Assembly: GCA_016779485.1 (NCBI GenBank) | Contig: JADHNN010000001.1 | Span: 2,681-66,680, forward strand | DNA: 64,000 bases | Source: Gammaproteobacteria bacterium | GTDB taxonomy: Bacteria; Pseudomonadota; Gammaproteobacteria; GCA-002705445; GCA-002716945 | Direction: 5' to 3' | Shown: piece by piece, positions 55,395 through 64,000 of the stretch | Layout: each line of letters starts with the position of its first letter | Position numbering within the stretch: position 1 is the first letter of the stretch | Position numbers and translations under genes: made by a program | Notes under the pieces: model-generated | The model's input: the letters and a program-made list of their open reading frames with translations, nothing else | The model's database searches: none | Told to the model about the DNA's origin: nothing

Positions 55395-57311
55395 ATGAAA
55401 GAGATGTTAGAGATAAGGGAGATTTGTAGATCTCCTAGGCAGTTGTTTGAGAGCAAATCATTTAGTAGGTATCTAGAATTATATAAAAAAGAATTTATTG
55501 CTGAACTAAGAAAGAGACAAGATAAGGACTTAAAAGAGGAGCTTCAACATAGGATAAAATTCATTGAAAACCTTAAACCTAATGACTACTTAGATATCCT
55601 AAAAGGTGTCACACCTTTTTCTGGAGACTTATTGAGAGATTACCGTGCAAATATTCAATTTCTTGATGGAGCATTCCACCATTATAGAACAAAGACATAC
55701 GCTAGGTTGATATTGCCGTTAGACAAGTCATCAGCCAATGACAATGCAGAATCCACAAAAGATAACATTTCAAATAAAGCAGATAAATTGTCAGATTTAA
55801 TACTAGAGACAAGAAGATTACTTTTAGTAAAAGTAGGACTTGGTTCAGGAATTAGACGATCTCAAGGGTTAGAGTGTCATCCAAATGTTGCTGTTGGGGA
55901 AATTAGTGGTGAATCCATCATGCTTCCTGATGACTACTCAATGCTCAAAAAAGTATCTGTAACATCAACTGCTGATATGAGAACAGGAGTTTACTACACA
56001 ACACATTCAAATAAGCGTGCGTTCCCATTTTTTGAATTAAGTCATAACCCATTTAAGAAAGAACAATTTAAACATGACGAATATATTGCGATCCCCTTTG
56101 AAATTGGAGCATGGAATATTCTATGTTACATTCATAAAACACCTGGATATATAGAAATTGAGCCTGGCCTGTTAAATCTATTTCCTTACTCTAAAACTAA
56201 AAATATTACTGACAAGCAAGTTGATGGTATCTTTATACTAGGTTGCCCTAACTCAGGTATGGATGATCTTGGTTATTATCATGATATGAAAAACAACTTG
56301 TTAGTTGGAGTGATTCCTGGATTAGATGATTGTCAATATTTTGGTTATGGAAAAAAACCTATGCTTACTTTACATAATGTTTTATGTATATTAAAAGGTA
56401 ACCTTCCTCTTCATTGTGGAGCTACAAGATATGTAGTTCGTTTTGATGAAAAAACTAATGAACCTTATATTTTTGATTCTCTCATTAAAGCTGATGATAT
56501 GGGAAGAGCAATATTAGAAAAAAATTCTCAAGGCAAAGAAGTACCGTTTTTCTATGGTACTGAAACTGGAGCTTTTGCATGTCTTGATGGTTTTAGTGAA
56601 CATGCAAAAATGCAAATGGAAGGAAGAGAAATAGGTTACAACAAACATTCTGGAACAAATGCAAGACAAATTGTTCCTGTTACTGACTACTCTGAAATAG
56701 CAACAGGTTCAGAATTAGATATACTTTTATATTTAAATAATTATGAAGTAATTCCAGAGGGTGAATCATGTATGAAAGCAAATATGAACCCAGCTGAAGC
56801 TTTAGAACATTTCAGAAAAGGAGCGAGGGTTGCCGCAGGAAGTACACAAACGCATCGAGGTGACGTTGAAATAAGCTATTGGGCAAATCCATTCCCACTT
56901 CTTAAAGACAATGATTGGAAACCGCTACCAGAGCATAAACATCTCTGTGAAAAATTTGAAAAGATTGAGAAACGGTTTTTTGATAATTTTAAAACCCGTG
57001 TAGAAAAAGGAGAGATGAAGATAGGTGTGGCACATAGTATGTTAATGGCTGGAGTCTATAAAGAAAGTACAGACCAAGTGTTGAGTGATGCCGGCTTTAA
57101 TGACAGAGACTTGGTTGAACATCATGGACCAGAAAGGGCTGCACATGACATGATTGAACTTATCAAAGAAACAGCAATTGATAAAAGAAAAAGAATAGGT
57201 GGTAATTTAAAAGAAGTGGACATTACAATCGCAACAATTGGTGACAGTAGAACAGGTAAATCAGAAATGGCCGAAAAAATGGATGGTATACTCAATATGA
57301 GTTTGATTTGA
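55395..57311 (+). CDS. Large conserved hypothetical protein (638 aa), divergent from sat
   Basis: A long uninterrupted ORF with protein-like composition and many Cys and His residues. I could recognise no family signature. Its stop is 1 nt from the convergent FKBP gene. Confidence 0.5.
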   Translation: MKEMLEIREICRSPRQLFESKSFSRYLELYKKEFIAELRKRQDKDLKEELQHRIKFIENLKPNDYLDILKGVTPFSGDLLRDYRANIQFLDGAFHHYRTKTYARLILPLDKSSANDNAESTKDNISNKADKLSDLILETRRLLLVKVGLGSGIRRSQGLECHPNVAVGEISGESIMLPDDYSMLKKVSVTSTADMRTGVYYTTHSNKRAFPFFELSHNPFKKEQFKHDEYIAIPFEIGAWNILCYIHKTPGYIEIEPGLLNLFPYSKTKNITDKQVDGIFILGCPNSGMDDLGYYHDMKNNLLVGVIPGLDDCQYFGYGKKPMLTLHNVLCILKGNLPLHCGATRYVVRFDEKTNEPYIFDSLIKADDMGRAILEKNSQGKEVPFFYGTETGAFACLDGFSEHAKMQMEGREIGYNKHSGTNARQIVPVTDYSEIATGSELDILLYLNNYEVIPEGESCMKANMNPAEALEHFRKGARVAAGSTQTHRGDVEISYWANPFPLLKDNDWKPLPEHKHLCEKFEKIEKRFFDNFKTRVEKGEMKIGVAHSMLMAGVYKESTDQVLSDAGFNDRDLVEHHGPERAAHDMIELIKETAIDKRKRIGGNLKEVDITIATIGDSRTGKSEMAEKMDGILNMSLI

Positions 57312-57312
57312 G

Positions 57313-57750
57313 TTAGGCTTTTACTGCTTCTGTTTCTGCTACATCCGTAATTTTTATTTTATAAATCAATATCTTTCCTGAAAAAGGGTGATTTCCATCA
57401 AATGTAATATTATCACCTTCAATTTTTGTAACATGAAACTTTCTCTTCTGACCTTTTTCATTTTTAAAATCAATTTGCATGCCTATTTTAGAATATTCTT
57501 TTGGTACATTACTGACAGAATCTACAAAGATTAGACTATTATCAATTTCACCAAATCCTAGTTCTGGGCTTACTTCGATGGTTAATTCATCCCCTGCTTC
57601 TTTTCCATTAAGGGATTTTTCAACGATTGGTAATAGATTTGTTTCTTTTCCATAGATAAAACTAACTGGAGTATCTACATTTTCTAAGAGCTCGCTTCCT
57701 TCATGGATTGTATATATCATGCTTACTAATTTTTGACTTGATATTTTCAT
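57313..57750 (-). CDS. FKBP-type peptidyl-prolyl cis-trans isomerase (SlpA/FkpB-like)
   Basis: GDNITFDGNHPFSGKILIYKIKI resembles the SlyD/FkpB motif DGNHPLAGK. Confidence 0.75.
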   Translation of the reverse strand: MKISSQKLVSMIYTIHEGSELLENVDTPVSFIYGKETNLLPIVEKSLNGKEAGDELTIEVSPELGFGEIDNSLIFVDSVSNVPKEYSKIGMQIDFKNEKGQKRKFHVTKIEGDNITFDGNHPFSGKILIYKIKITDVAETEAVKA

Positions 57751-57897
57751 ACTTGAGTATCTTATCAGAAATATAAAATATGTTACCTAAAGAATCTCTT
57801 GACATAATATTGAATCTATTTAATTATAATGTTACTCAAAGTTACAAACCAAACCTAAACAACCTATAACCAGACGTATTTTTAATGGAGACTTTAT

Positions 57898-58221
57898 ATG
57901 AGTAATGCAATTGACATAAATGATGATAATTTTGATTCAGAAGTATTAGAATCTGATAAACCTGTCTTAATAGATTTTTGGGCTGAATGGTGTGGACCAT
58001 GTAAAGTCCTTGGTCCAGTAATAGATGAGGTTTCGGTCGATTATTCAGAGAAAGTCAAATTTGTGAAACTTAATATTGATAATAATCCTTCTAATACACA
58101 AAAATATGGGATCAGAGGAATACCCACTTTACTCCTTTTTAAAAATGGTGAGAAAGTAGATACCAGTGTAGGCGTCCTATCGAAAAGTGAACTGGCCAGT
58201 TTTCTAGATAAAAATATATAA
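57898..58221 (+). CDS. trxA: Thioredoxin
   Basis: The WAEWCGPCK active site is present in a 107-aa protein. Confidence 0.95.
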   Translation: MSNAIDINDDNFDSEVLESDKPVLIDFWAEWCGPCKVLGPVIDEVSVDYSEKVKFVKLNIDNNPSNTQKYGIRGIPTLLLFKNGEKVDTSVGVLSKSELASFLDKNI

Positions 58222-58223
58222 TT

Positions 58224-59480
58224 ATGAATTTAACAGAATTAAAGAAAAAACCTGTACAAGACTTAGTTAAAATTGCTGAGGATATGGGTGCCGACAATGT
58301 TGGTAGACTCAGAAAACAAGATGTAATATTTACGATACTCAAAAGTCATTCATCTAGTGGTGAGGACATATCAGGTGGCGGCGTTCTTGAAATTTTACAA
58401 GATGGATTCGGATTTCTTAGATCTGCAGATAGTTCTTATTTAGCTGGGCCTGATGATATATATGTATCTCCCAGTCAAATTAGAAAGTTTTCACTAAGAA
58501 CAGGTGATACCATTCAAGGCAAAATAAGACCTCCAAAAGAAAGCGAAAGATATTTTGCGTTACTAAAGATTGATACAATTAATTCTGATACTTCATCAAG
58601 CACAAAGAATAAAATTCTATTTGAAAATCTAACGCCATTGCATGCAAATGAGAGATTAAGGCTTGAACAAGGTAATGGTAGTTCAGAAGATATGTCTGCT
58701 CGATTAATTGATATTGCCTCTCCAATCGGAAAAGGTCAAAGAGGATTAGTTATTTCTCCTCCCAAAGCGGGTAAAACAATCATGCTTCAAAATATTGCTC
58801 AGAGCCTCTCTGCTAGTAATCCTGATGCACACCTAATTGTTTTACTAATTGATGAAAGACCAGAAGAAGTCACAGAAATGTCTAGAATGGTTAAAGGTGA
58901 AGTTGTCGCAAGCACGTTTGATGAACCAGCTAACAGGCATGTTCAAGTTGCTGAGATGGTGATTGAAAAAGCAAAAAGACTTGTAGAACATAAGAAAGAT
59001 GTAATTATACTTTTAGATTCAATAACGCGTCTAGCAAGAGCCTATAATACAATTGCACCATCATCAGGAAAAGTATTAACTGGTGGTGTTGATGCAAATG
59101 CCCTTACAAAACCAAAAAAGTTCTATGGGGCAGCTAGAAATATTGAGGAAGGTGGCAGTTTAACAATACTTGCTACAGCTCTAATTGATACTGGGTCGAA
59201 AATGGATGAGGTAATCTATGAGGAATTTAAAGGAACAGGTAATATGGAAGTCCATCTTGATCGAAGAATTGCTGAAAAAAGAATATATCCTGCCATAAAC
59301 ATTAATCGATCAGGTACCAGAAGGGAAGAATTACTCATGGAGCCAGACGAGCTTCAAAAAATTTGGATTTTGCGAAAGGTTCTTCATTCAATGGACGAAC
59401 TAGATGCTATGGAATTCATGCTCAATAAGCTTAAATCAACAAAAACAAATTCTGAATTTTTTGAATCTATGAAAAGATAA
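58224..59480 (+). CDS. rho: Transcription termination factor Rho
   Basis: The N-terminus [19 protein letters not shown], Walker [13 protein letters not shown] and the Q/R loops are present. There are only 2 nt after trxA and no rho leader. Confidence 0.97.
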   Translation: MNLTELKKKPVQDLVKIAEDMGADNVGRLRKQDVIFTILKSHSSSGEDISGGGVLEILQDGFGFLRSADSSYLAGPDDIYVSPSQIRKFSLRTGDTIQGKIRPPKESERYFALLKIDTINSDTSSSTKNKILFENLTPLHANERLRLEQGNGSSEDMSARLIDIASPIGKGQRGLVISPPKAGKTIMLQNIAQSLSASNPDAHLIVLLIDERPEEVTEMSRMVKGEVVASTFDEPANRHVQVAEMVIEKAKRLVEHKKDVIILLDSITRLARAYNTIAPSSGKVLTGGVDANALTKPKKFYGAARNIEEGGSLTILATALIDTGSKMDEVIYEEFKGTGNMEVHLDRRIAEKRIYPAININRSGTRREELLMEPDELQKIWILRKVLHSMDELDAMEFMLNKLKSTKTNSEFFESMKR

Positions 59481-59482
59481 AT

Positions 59483-59962
59483 CTACTTGATTTTATCAAT
59501 GAGTTTTTTTTCAACATACTCATCTAAAAATTTTTTTAAATCTCCTTTATGATTTGCGATATCCTTAATTACAGACGATGATATGAAACTATATTTTTCA
59601 TCTGGGCTTAAGAAGAGACTTTCTATTTTTGGATTCATCGTTCTATTGAGGTTAGATAATTGCACTTCATATTCAAAGTCGGATACAGCTCTCAACCCTC
59701 GAAGCATAACTTTAGCATCCAAGTCTTTTGCATGATCTACTGATAATTTATCAAGCTTGATAACTTCAACATTATTATATTTTTCTAGTACTTTACTGCA
59801 CATATCAAATCTTTCATTAAAATTAAATAATGTATTTTTTTGTGTATTAAATGCAACGGCAACAATAACTGATTCGAAGATTTCGCATGCTCTTTTAACA
59901 AGATCCTCATGTCCAAAGGTAATAGGATCAAAGGTTCCAGGATATATTGCTTTTATTTTCAT
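59483..59962 (-). CDS. coaD: Phosphopantetheine adenylyltransferase
   Basis: AIYPGTFDPITFGHEDLV is present. Confidence 0.93.
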   Translation of the reverse strand: MKIKAIYPGTFDPITFGHEDLVKRACEIFESVIVAVAFNTQKNTLFNFNERFDMCSKVLEKYNNVEVIKLDKLSVDHAKDLDAKVMLRGLRAVSDFEYEVQLSNLNRTMNPKIESLFLSPDEKYSFISSSVIKDIANHKGDLKKFLDEYVEKKLIDKIK

Positions 59963-60567
59963 ATATTTTTATTTATAGCGATTGTATAACTTACATCACC
60001 TATACTCAAATCTTTAACAATATTATGAGTACTGGCAATATATTTGAGATAAATAGTTTTGTCATTTTTAGATCTCTCAAAATACAAATACTTGTTATTA
60101 CTTAAAAATTTATGCTCTTTTAAGTAATCTAAGGTGTATTCAAGCAGTGAGGTATCATATGGTGGATCAATAAATATCATATCAAATAATTCAGGCTTTA
60201 AGTCTTTTAAAAATACCTCTACTTTCTTATTGATAACAACAGCATCTCTAATATCAAGCAGCTTAAGATTGCCATTTATGGATTTGGCTAATTCTTTATC
60301 AGATTCAACTACAATAGATTTTTTTACACCTCTAGATAAAGCTTCCATGCTAAGAATCCCGCTACCAGCAAATAAATCTAATGATGTTTCACAATTATGA
60401 ATGTCTATTATATTAAACAAAACTTCCCTGATGTATGATTTTGTAGGTTTTAGATTTTTTTTATCTAGTATTTGAATTATACGTGATTTGTATTTTCCAG
60501 ATATGATCTTTAATTTATTCTTCAATAGTCTTGCCAACGGTAAACACTGAGATACGGTTAAAATCAA
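59959..60567 (-). CDS. rsmD: 16S rRNA m2G966 methyltransferase
   Basis: DLFAGSGILSMEALSRG and IFIDPPY are present. The rsmD-coaD pair is conserved. Confidence 0.85.
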   Translation of the reverse strand: MILTVSQCLPLARLLKNKLKIISGKYKSRIIQILDKKNLKPTKSYIREVLFNIIDIHNCETSLDLFAGSGILSMEALSRGVKKSIVVESDKELAKSINGNLKLLDIRDAVVINKKVEVFLKDLKPELFDMIFIDPPYDTSLLEYTLDYLKEHKFLSNNKYLYFERSKNDKTIYLKYIASTHNIVKDLSIGDVSYTIAINKNI

Positions 60568-61795
60568 CTGCTTCTTTTAAGGCCTTTTCGATACTTTTTT
60601 TACTGACTTGATTCAGATTGTTTTTATAATTTTCAAAGTAATCCAAACCTAGTTCTAAGCTATTAATAGCTGATAAAAGATTAAGTAATTTCTTATTTGT
60701 ATCTGTTCTCATTTCAAAGCTTCTCAAGATTGATTGCTTAACAGAGGATATTTGATCTTCTGTGACATCAAAAAGTTGTAGTCTCTTAATTTGGTTAAGA
60801 ATTATGTTTTTTGCTAATTTTATATTTTCATTTTTAGTTTGTAGAGAGATTTTCAAATAGCCTCCGTCTTTGCTTGACACGAGATAACTAGAAACTGAAT
60901 ATGATAAACCTCTCTTTTCTCTAATTTCTTCCATAAGCCATGATCCAAACCCGCTGCCTCCGAAAATATAGTTTGCTACTAGTATGTTGTGATAGTGAGG
61001 ACTGGTACGACTGACTGCTGGTAATATTATAGCCAAATGAGACTGAGTAGAATCAAATTCTGTATGATGAATTGATTGTTCTAATTTATACTCACTTTTA
61101 TTAAATTGGCTTTCAGTATTCATATTTTTTGTAATTGCATGTATGATTCTTTTAGAATCTGATTGAGAAATATTTCCAACTATATTTATCTCAATATCTT
61201 TTATATTAAATATTTTATTCTTGTGCTCTATAACCTGAGTACTAGTAATTTCATTAATTGATTTTTTAGTACCAATTTTTTGATGCTCAAATCCTGTTCC
61301 TGAAAAAAGATGTTTTGATATATCAGCATTTAGTGTTGATCCTGGTCGTTTTTCAACTTCTGATATATTTCTACTAATTTTATCTTTCTCAAGAGAGAGA
61401 ATATTCTCATCAATTTCATTAGATGAAATAGCTAAATTTATTATATCAACAAGCTTTAGTATTTGCTCAATATCACTCAATGATCTTATCGATATCGATA
61501 AAGACTCTTTTTCTATAGAGTAGGATAACTTTGCTCCGACATCCTCAAAATAACTGACAATCTTTTTAGAATTCACATCAGAAGACATTAGAGTATTGAG
61601 CATTAAGTTTGTTAGTCCATGATATGTTCCATCAACAGTACTACCATTTTTTATTGTAAAATTAATATCTACAATGGGTAGCGTTTTTGTTTCTATAAAT
61701 AAATAATTACTATTGTCAGCTAAGCTATTAATTTTAATATTAGCATGACTTGTTTGAAGAGAAAATAATGCTATGAGAATAAATAAATATCTCAT
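60515..61795 (-). CDS. M16-family peptidase-like protein, non-catalytic partner
   Basis: It has a signal peptide and the M16 fold, but no HxxEH zinc motif. It overlaps the upstream M16 gene. Confidence 0.65.
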   Translation of the reverse strand: MRYLFILIALFSLQTSHANIKINSLADNSNYLFIETKTLPIVDINFTIKNGSTVDGTYHGLTNLMLNTLMSSDVNSKKIVSYFEDVGAKLSYSIEKESLSISIRSLSDIEQILKLVDIINLAISSNEIDENILSLEKDKISRNISEVEKRPGSTLNADISKHLFSGTGFEHQKIGTKKSINEITSTQVIEHKNKIFNIKDIEINIVGNISQSDSKRIIHAITKNMNTESQFNKSEYKLEQSIHHTEFDSTQSHLAIILPAVSRTSPHYHNILVANYIFGGSGFGSWLMEEIREKRGLSYSVSSYLVSSKDGGYLKISLQTKNENIKLAKNIILNQIKRLQLFDVTEDQISSVKQSILRSFEMRTDTNKKLLNLLSAINSLELGLDYFENYKNNLNQVSKKSIEKALKEAVDFNRISVFTVGKTIEE

Positions 61796-63123
61796 TTTTC
61801 TGGCCTTAATATTGTAGTAAAAACTTTATTGTTTAAAAAATATTTACTTGCTGATTCTTTAACTTCATTAAGGGATATAGATTCGGTTATTGAATTATAA
61901 TTATCAAGATTTTCCCATCCTATATCTTTTGTTTCTAGCATCCCTACTTGCATGGCTTGGTAAAATACAGAATCAAATTTATAGATATTGTTAGCTTTTA
62001 CTCTAGCTTTAGCATTCACTAGTTCTCGCTCAGTCACTGAATTAATAGATTCATTAGAAAGCTGTTCAAGAATTTTCAACTTTAACTCTTCAGGAGAAAT
62101 CTTACCTCTAGGAGTCCCGCCAATAATAATTAAATTTGGATATTGGTTATATGTATCATTAGACAAGAATATATCCAATGCCACTTTTTGATTGTCGACT
62201 AGATTTTTTGTTAGTCTAGATGAGTATCCTCCATCCATTATTTCAATAAATAAATCTAGAGCATATAATTCTCTAATTCTATTTTTGTCAAATTTAGGTT
62301 TTTTGAAAGATAAAAAAACTATAGGTTTTGAAACTTTATCATAGACATCAAAGGATGCTTTTGTTGAAAATTCTATTTTATTATTTGGCTTAATCGATGA
62401 TTTATTGTTTTCATATCTACCATAGTACTTCTGAATGTAGCCTTTAACTTGATCAGCGTTAAAGTTTCCTGCAATTATTGCAATTGCATTCTTAGGTTGA
62501 TAATGAAGCTTGTACCAATTCTCTAGGTCATTTTTAGAGATACTACCTAAGTTTTGCATGGTTCCAATAATTGGGATACCATATTCATTCATTCCGTACG
62601 CGTTTATCATAATTTTTTCAAAAGTCTTAGAAACTGGATTATCGTCCGTTCTTAGTCTCCTTTCTTCTTTTACAACTTCTATTTCACTTCTTAATTCATT
62701 TCCATCCAACCTTAAGTTTTTCATTCTATCTGATTCTAATTCTATACATCTTTCAAGATCTGTAGTGTGTATCTTTTGAAAATAACCAGTATAATCTTTA
62801 CTTGTGAATGCATTCTCAGTTCCCCCCATTTTTTTTACAATTGAAGAAAATTCTCCTGGCTTAAGTGTTTTAGTACCTTTGAACATCATGTGTTCTAGCA
62901 CATGAGATATGCCGGTTTTACCCGAAGCTTCATGGCTGGAACCTACTTTATACCAAATACTATTTACTACAGACGGGCTTCTTTTATCTTCAATTAAAAC
63001 TACCTTAAGGCCATTTGACAATGTATACGATTCCACTCTGTCGCTGAATTTGATCTCTGATTGCACAGAGCTGAAGAAAGATATTGAGATTAATAATACA
63101 GATATTCTGAAGATGATATTCAT
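61792..63123 (-). CDS. M16-family zinc peptidase (insulinase-like), catalytic subunit
   Basis: It has a signal peptide and the inverted zinc motif HVLEHMMFKGT (HxxEH). Confidence 0.85.
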   Translation of the reverse strand: MNIIFRISVLLISISFFSSVQSEIKFSDRVESYTLSNGLKVVLIEDKRSPSVVNSIWYKVGSSHEASGKTGISHVLEHMMFKGTKTLKPGEFSSIVKKMGGTENAFTSKDYTGYFQKIHTTDLERCIELESDRMKNLRLDGNELRSEIEVVKEERRLRTDDNPVSKTFEKIMINAYGMNEYGIPIIGTMQNLGSISKNDLENWYKLHYQPKNAIAIIAGNFNADQVKGYIQKYYGRYENNKSSIKPNNKIEFSTKASFDVYDKVSKPIVFLSFKKPKFDKNRIRELYALDLFIEIMDGGYSSRLTKNLVDNQKVALDIFLSNDTYNQYPNLIIIGGTPRGKISPEELKLKILEQLSNESINSVTERELVNAKARVKANNIYKFDSVFYQAMQVGMLETKDIGWENLDNYNSITESISLNEVKESASKYFLNNKVFTTILRPEK

Positions 63124-63200
63124 AATTTATAATATCAAAAAATGTAGATATTTGTGTTAGATTCATTGTAGATATTTAGCTTAATTTTGATATCAATTAC

Positions 63201-63228
63201 TTGAAATAAGGTAATCAATAACTATAAT
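63201..63228 (+). promoter_or_regulatory. Candidate sigma70-type promoter of rpoH
   Basis: TTGAAA-N16-TATAAT is read directly from the sequence and ends 4 nt before the rpoH ATG. That placement would imply a leaderless or very short-leader mRNA. No Shine-Dalgarno sequence is present. Confidence 0.3.
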
Positions 63229-63232
63229 TAAC

Positions 63233-64000
63233 ATGAAGATTATGAATAAAAACCTTACACATAATGTAGTTGCTAAAGAAATCGCTATTGATCTTGAGTC
63301 TTCGGATGCGCTTAATTACTACTTGGCACAGTTGAGGGAGACCCCTTTATTGACAAAAGAACAAGAAGAAGAATTATTTCAAAGACTTCAAAATTCAGAT
63401 GATATGGATGCAGCGCGAAAACTCGTCATGTCACATTTAAGATTTGTAGTGCACATAGCAAAGACCTATAAAGGTTACGGTTTGCCATTATTGGATGTGA
63501 TTCAAGAAGGTAATGTAGGTTTGATGAAAGCTGTCAAAAAATTTGATCCTAGTAAAAAAGTTAGATTACTATCATTTGCAATTTATTGGATTAGAGCAGA
63601 AATACATGAGTTTGTATTAAAAAACTGGAGAATTGTTAAAGTGGCAACTACTAAAGCACAAAGAAAACTTTTCTTTAAATTAAGAAGTAAAAAAACATCT
63701 TCTAGTTGGCTGTCTGAACAAGAAACACAAGATATTGCATCAGAATTAAATGTTGATAGTAAAACTGTTAAATTAATGGAGAGTCGACTCAGTGGAACGG
63801 ATGTTGCATTTGACCCTGTAGATGAAGATGACAACTCACCAGCTAGTTATTTGACTCAAAATACAAATCCACTGTCACTTTTGGAAATGCAAGATACAGA
63901 TAATGACAATACAATGAAATTAAATGTTGCACTAGATAAACTAGATGATAGAAGTAAAGATATAATCTCACAAAGATTTTTGTCTGATAATAAACCTACA
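63233..64000 (+). CDS. rpoH: RNA polymerase sigma-32 factor (3' end outside window)
   Basis: Translation from the ATG at 63233 gives MKIMNKNL... It contains SHLRFVVHIAKTYKGYGLPLLDVIQEGNVGLMKAVKKFDP and the RpoH box QRKLFFKLRSKK. The reading frame is open to the window end. It is not in the ORF track because there is no stop codon. Confidence 0.9.
   Translation, partial: MKIMNKNLTHNVVAKEIAIDLESSDALNYYLAQLRETPLLTKEQEEELFQRLQNSDDMDAARKLVMSHLRFVVHIAKTYKGYGLPLLDVIQEGNVGLMKAVKKFDPSKKVRLLSFAIYWIRAEIHEFVLKNWRIVKVATTKAQRKLFFKLRSKKTSSSWLSEQETQDIASELNVDSKTVKLMESRLSGTDVAFDPVDEDDNSPASYLTQNTNPLSLLEMQDTDNDNTMKLNVALDKLDDRSKDIISQRFLSDNKPT

Noticed and set aside
57220-57270. Walker-A-like GDSRTGKS motif at the extreme C-terminus of the 638-aa orphan protein
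   Set aside because: Only 14 residues follow it. A P-loop NTPase domain cannot fit there, and no Walker B motif is visible. It is treated as a chance match.
57751-57897. TTGACA hexamer upstream of trxA
   Set aside because: No correctly spaced -10 hexamer could be fixed unambiguously in this AT-rich spacer, so no promoter was called.

Overview
The window is a gene-dense, strongly AT-rich stretch of core chromosome (roughly 70% A+T by eye) with Lys/Asn/Ile-rich proteins. The gene order is gammaproteobacterial. Conserved blocks include prs-ispE divergent from hemA-prfA-prmC, gatCAB-mreBCD, aroQ-accBC-fis-purHD, and trxA-rho; the genome looks streamlined and marine. About 70 genes are called with almost no spacer, and many start and stop codons overlap. 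The calls include one tRNA-Gln, the groESL operon with both a sigma32-like promoter and a CIRCE element, and a Fur-box-controlled fbpABC iron transporter. Also called are an LPS-core block (waaA, a Kdo-kinase-like gene, a heptosyltransferase and a split hldA/hldC pair), a sat-aprM-aprB-aprA sulfite/APS oxidation cluster, and a 3'-truncated rpoH at the window end. No mobile elements, CRISPR arrays or phage genes were seen. The most unusual content is the sulfur cluster and its unannotatable neighbours. One is a 117-aa ORF 10 nt downstream of aprA. The other is a 638-aa Cys/His-rich orphan protein transcribed divergently from sat. Several expected genes are missing from otherwise conserved loci: lolB, ftsYEX, dusB, and any space for a thiC TPP riboswitch. 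All product assignments rest on recognisable motifs and synteny read directly from the translations. No database search was run.
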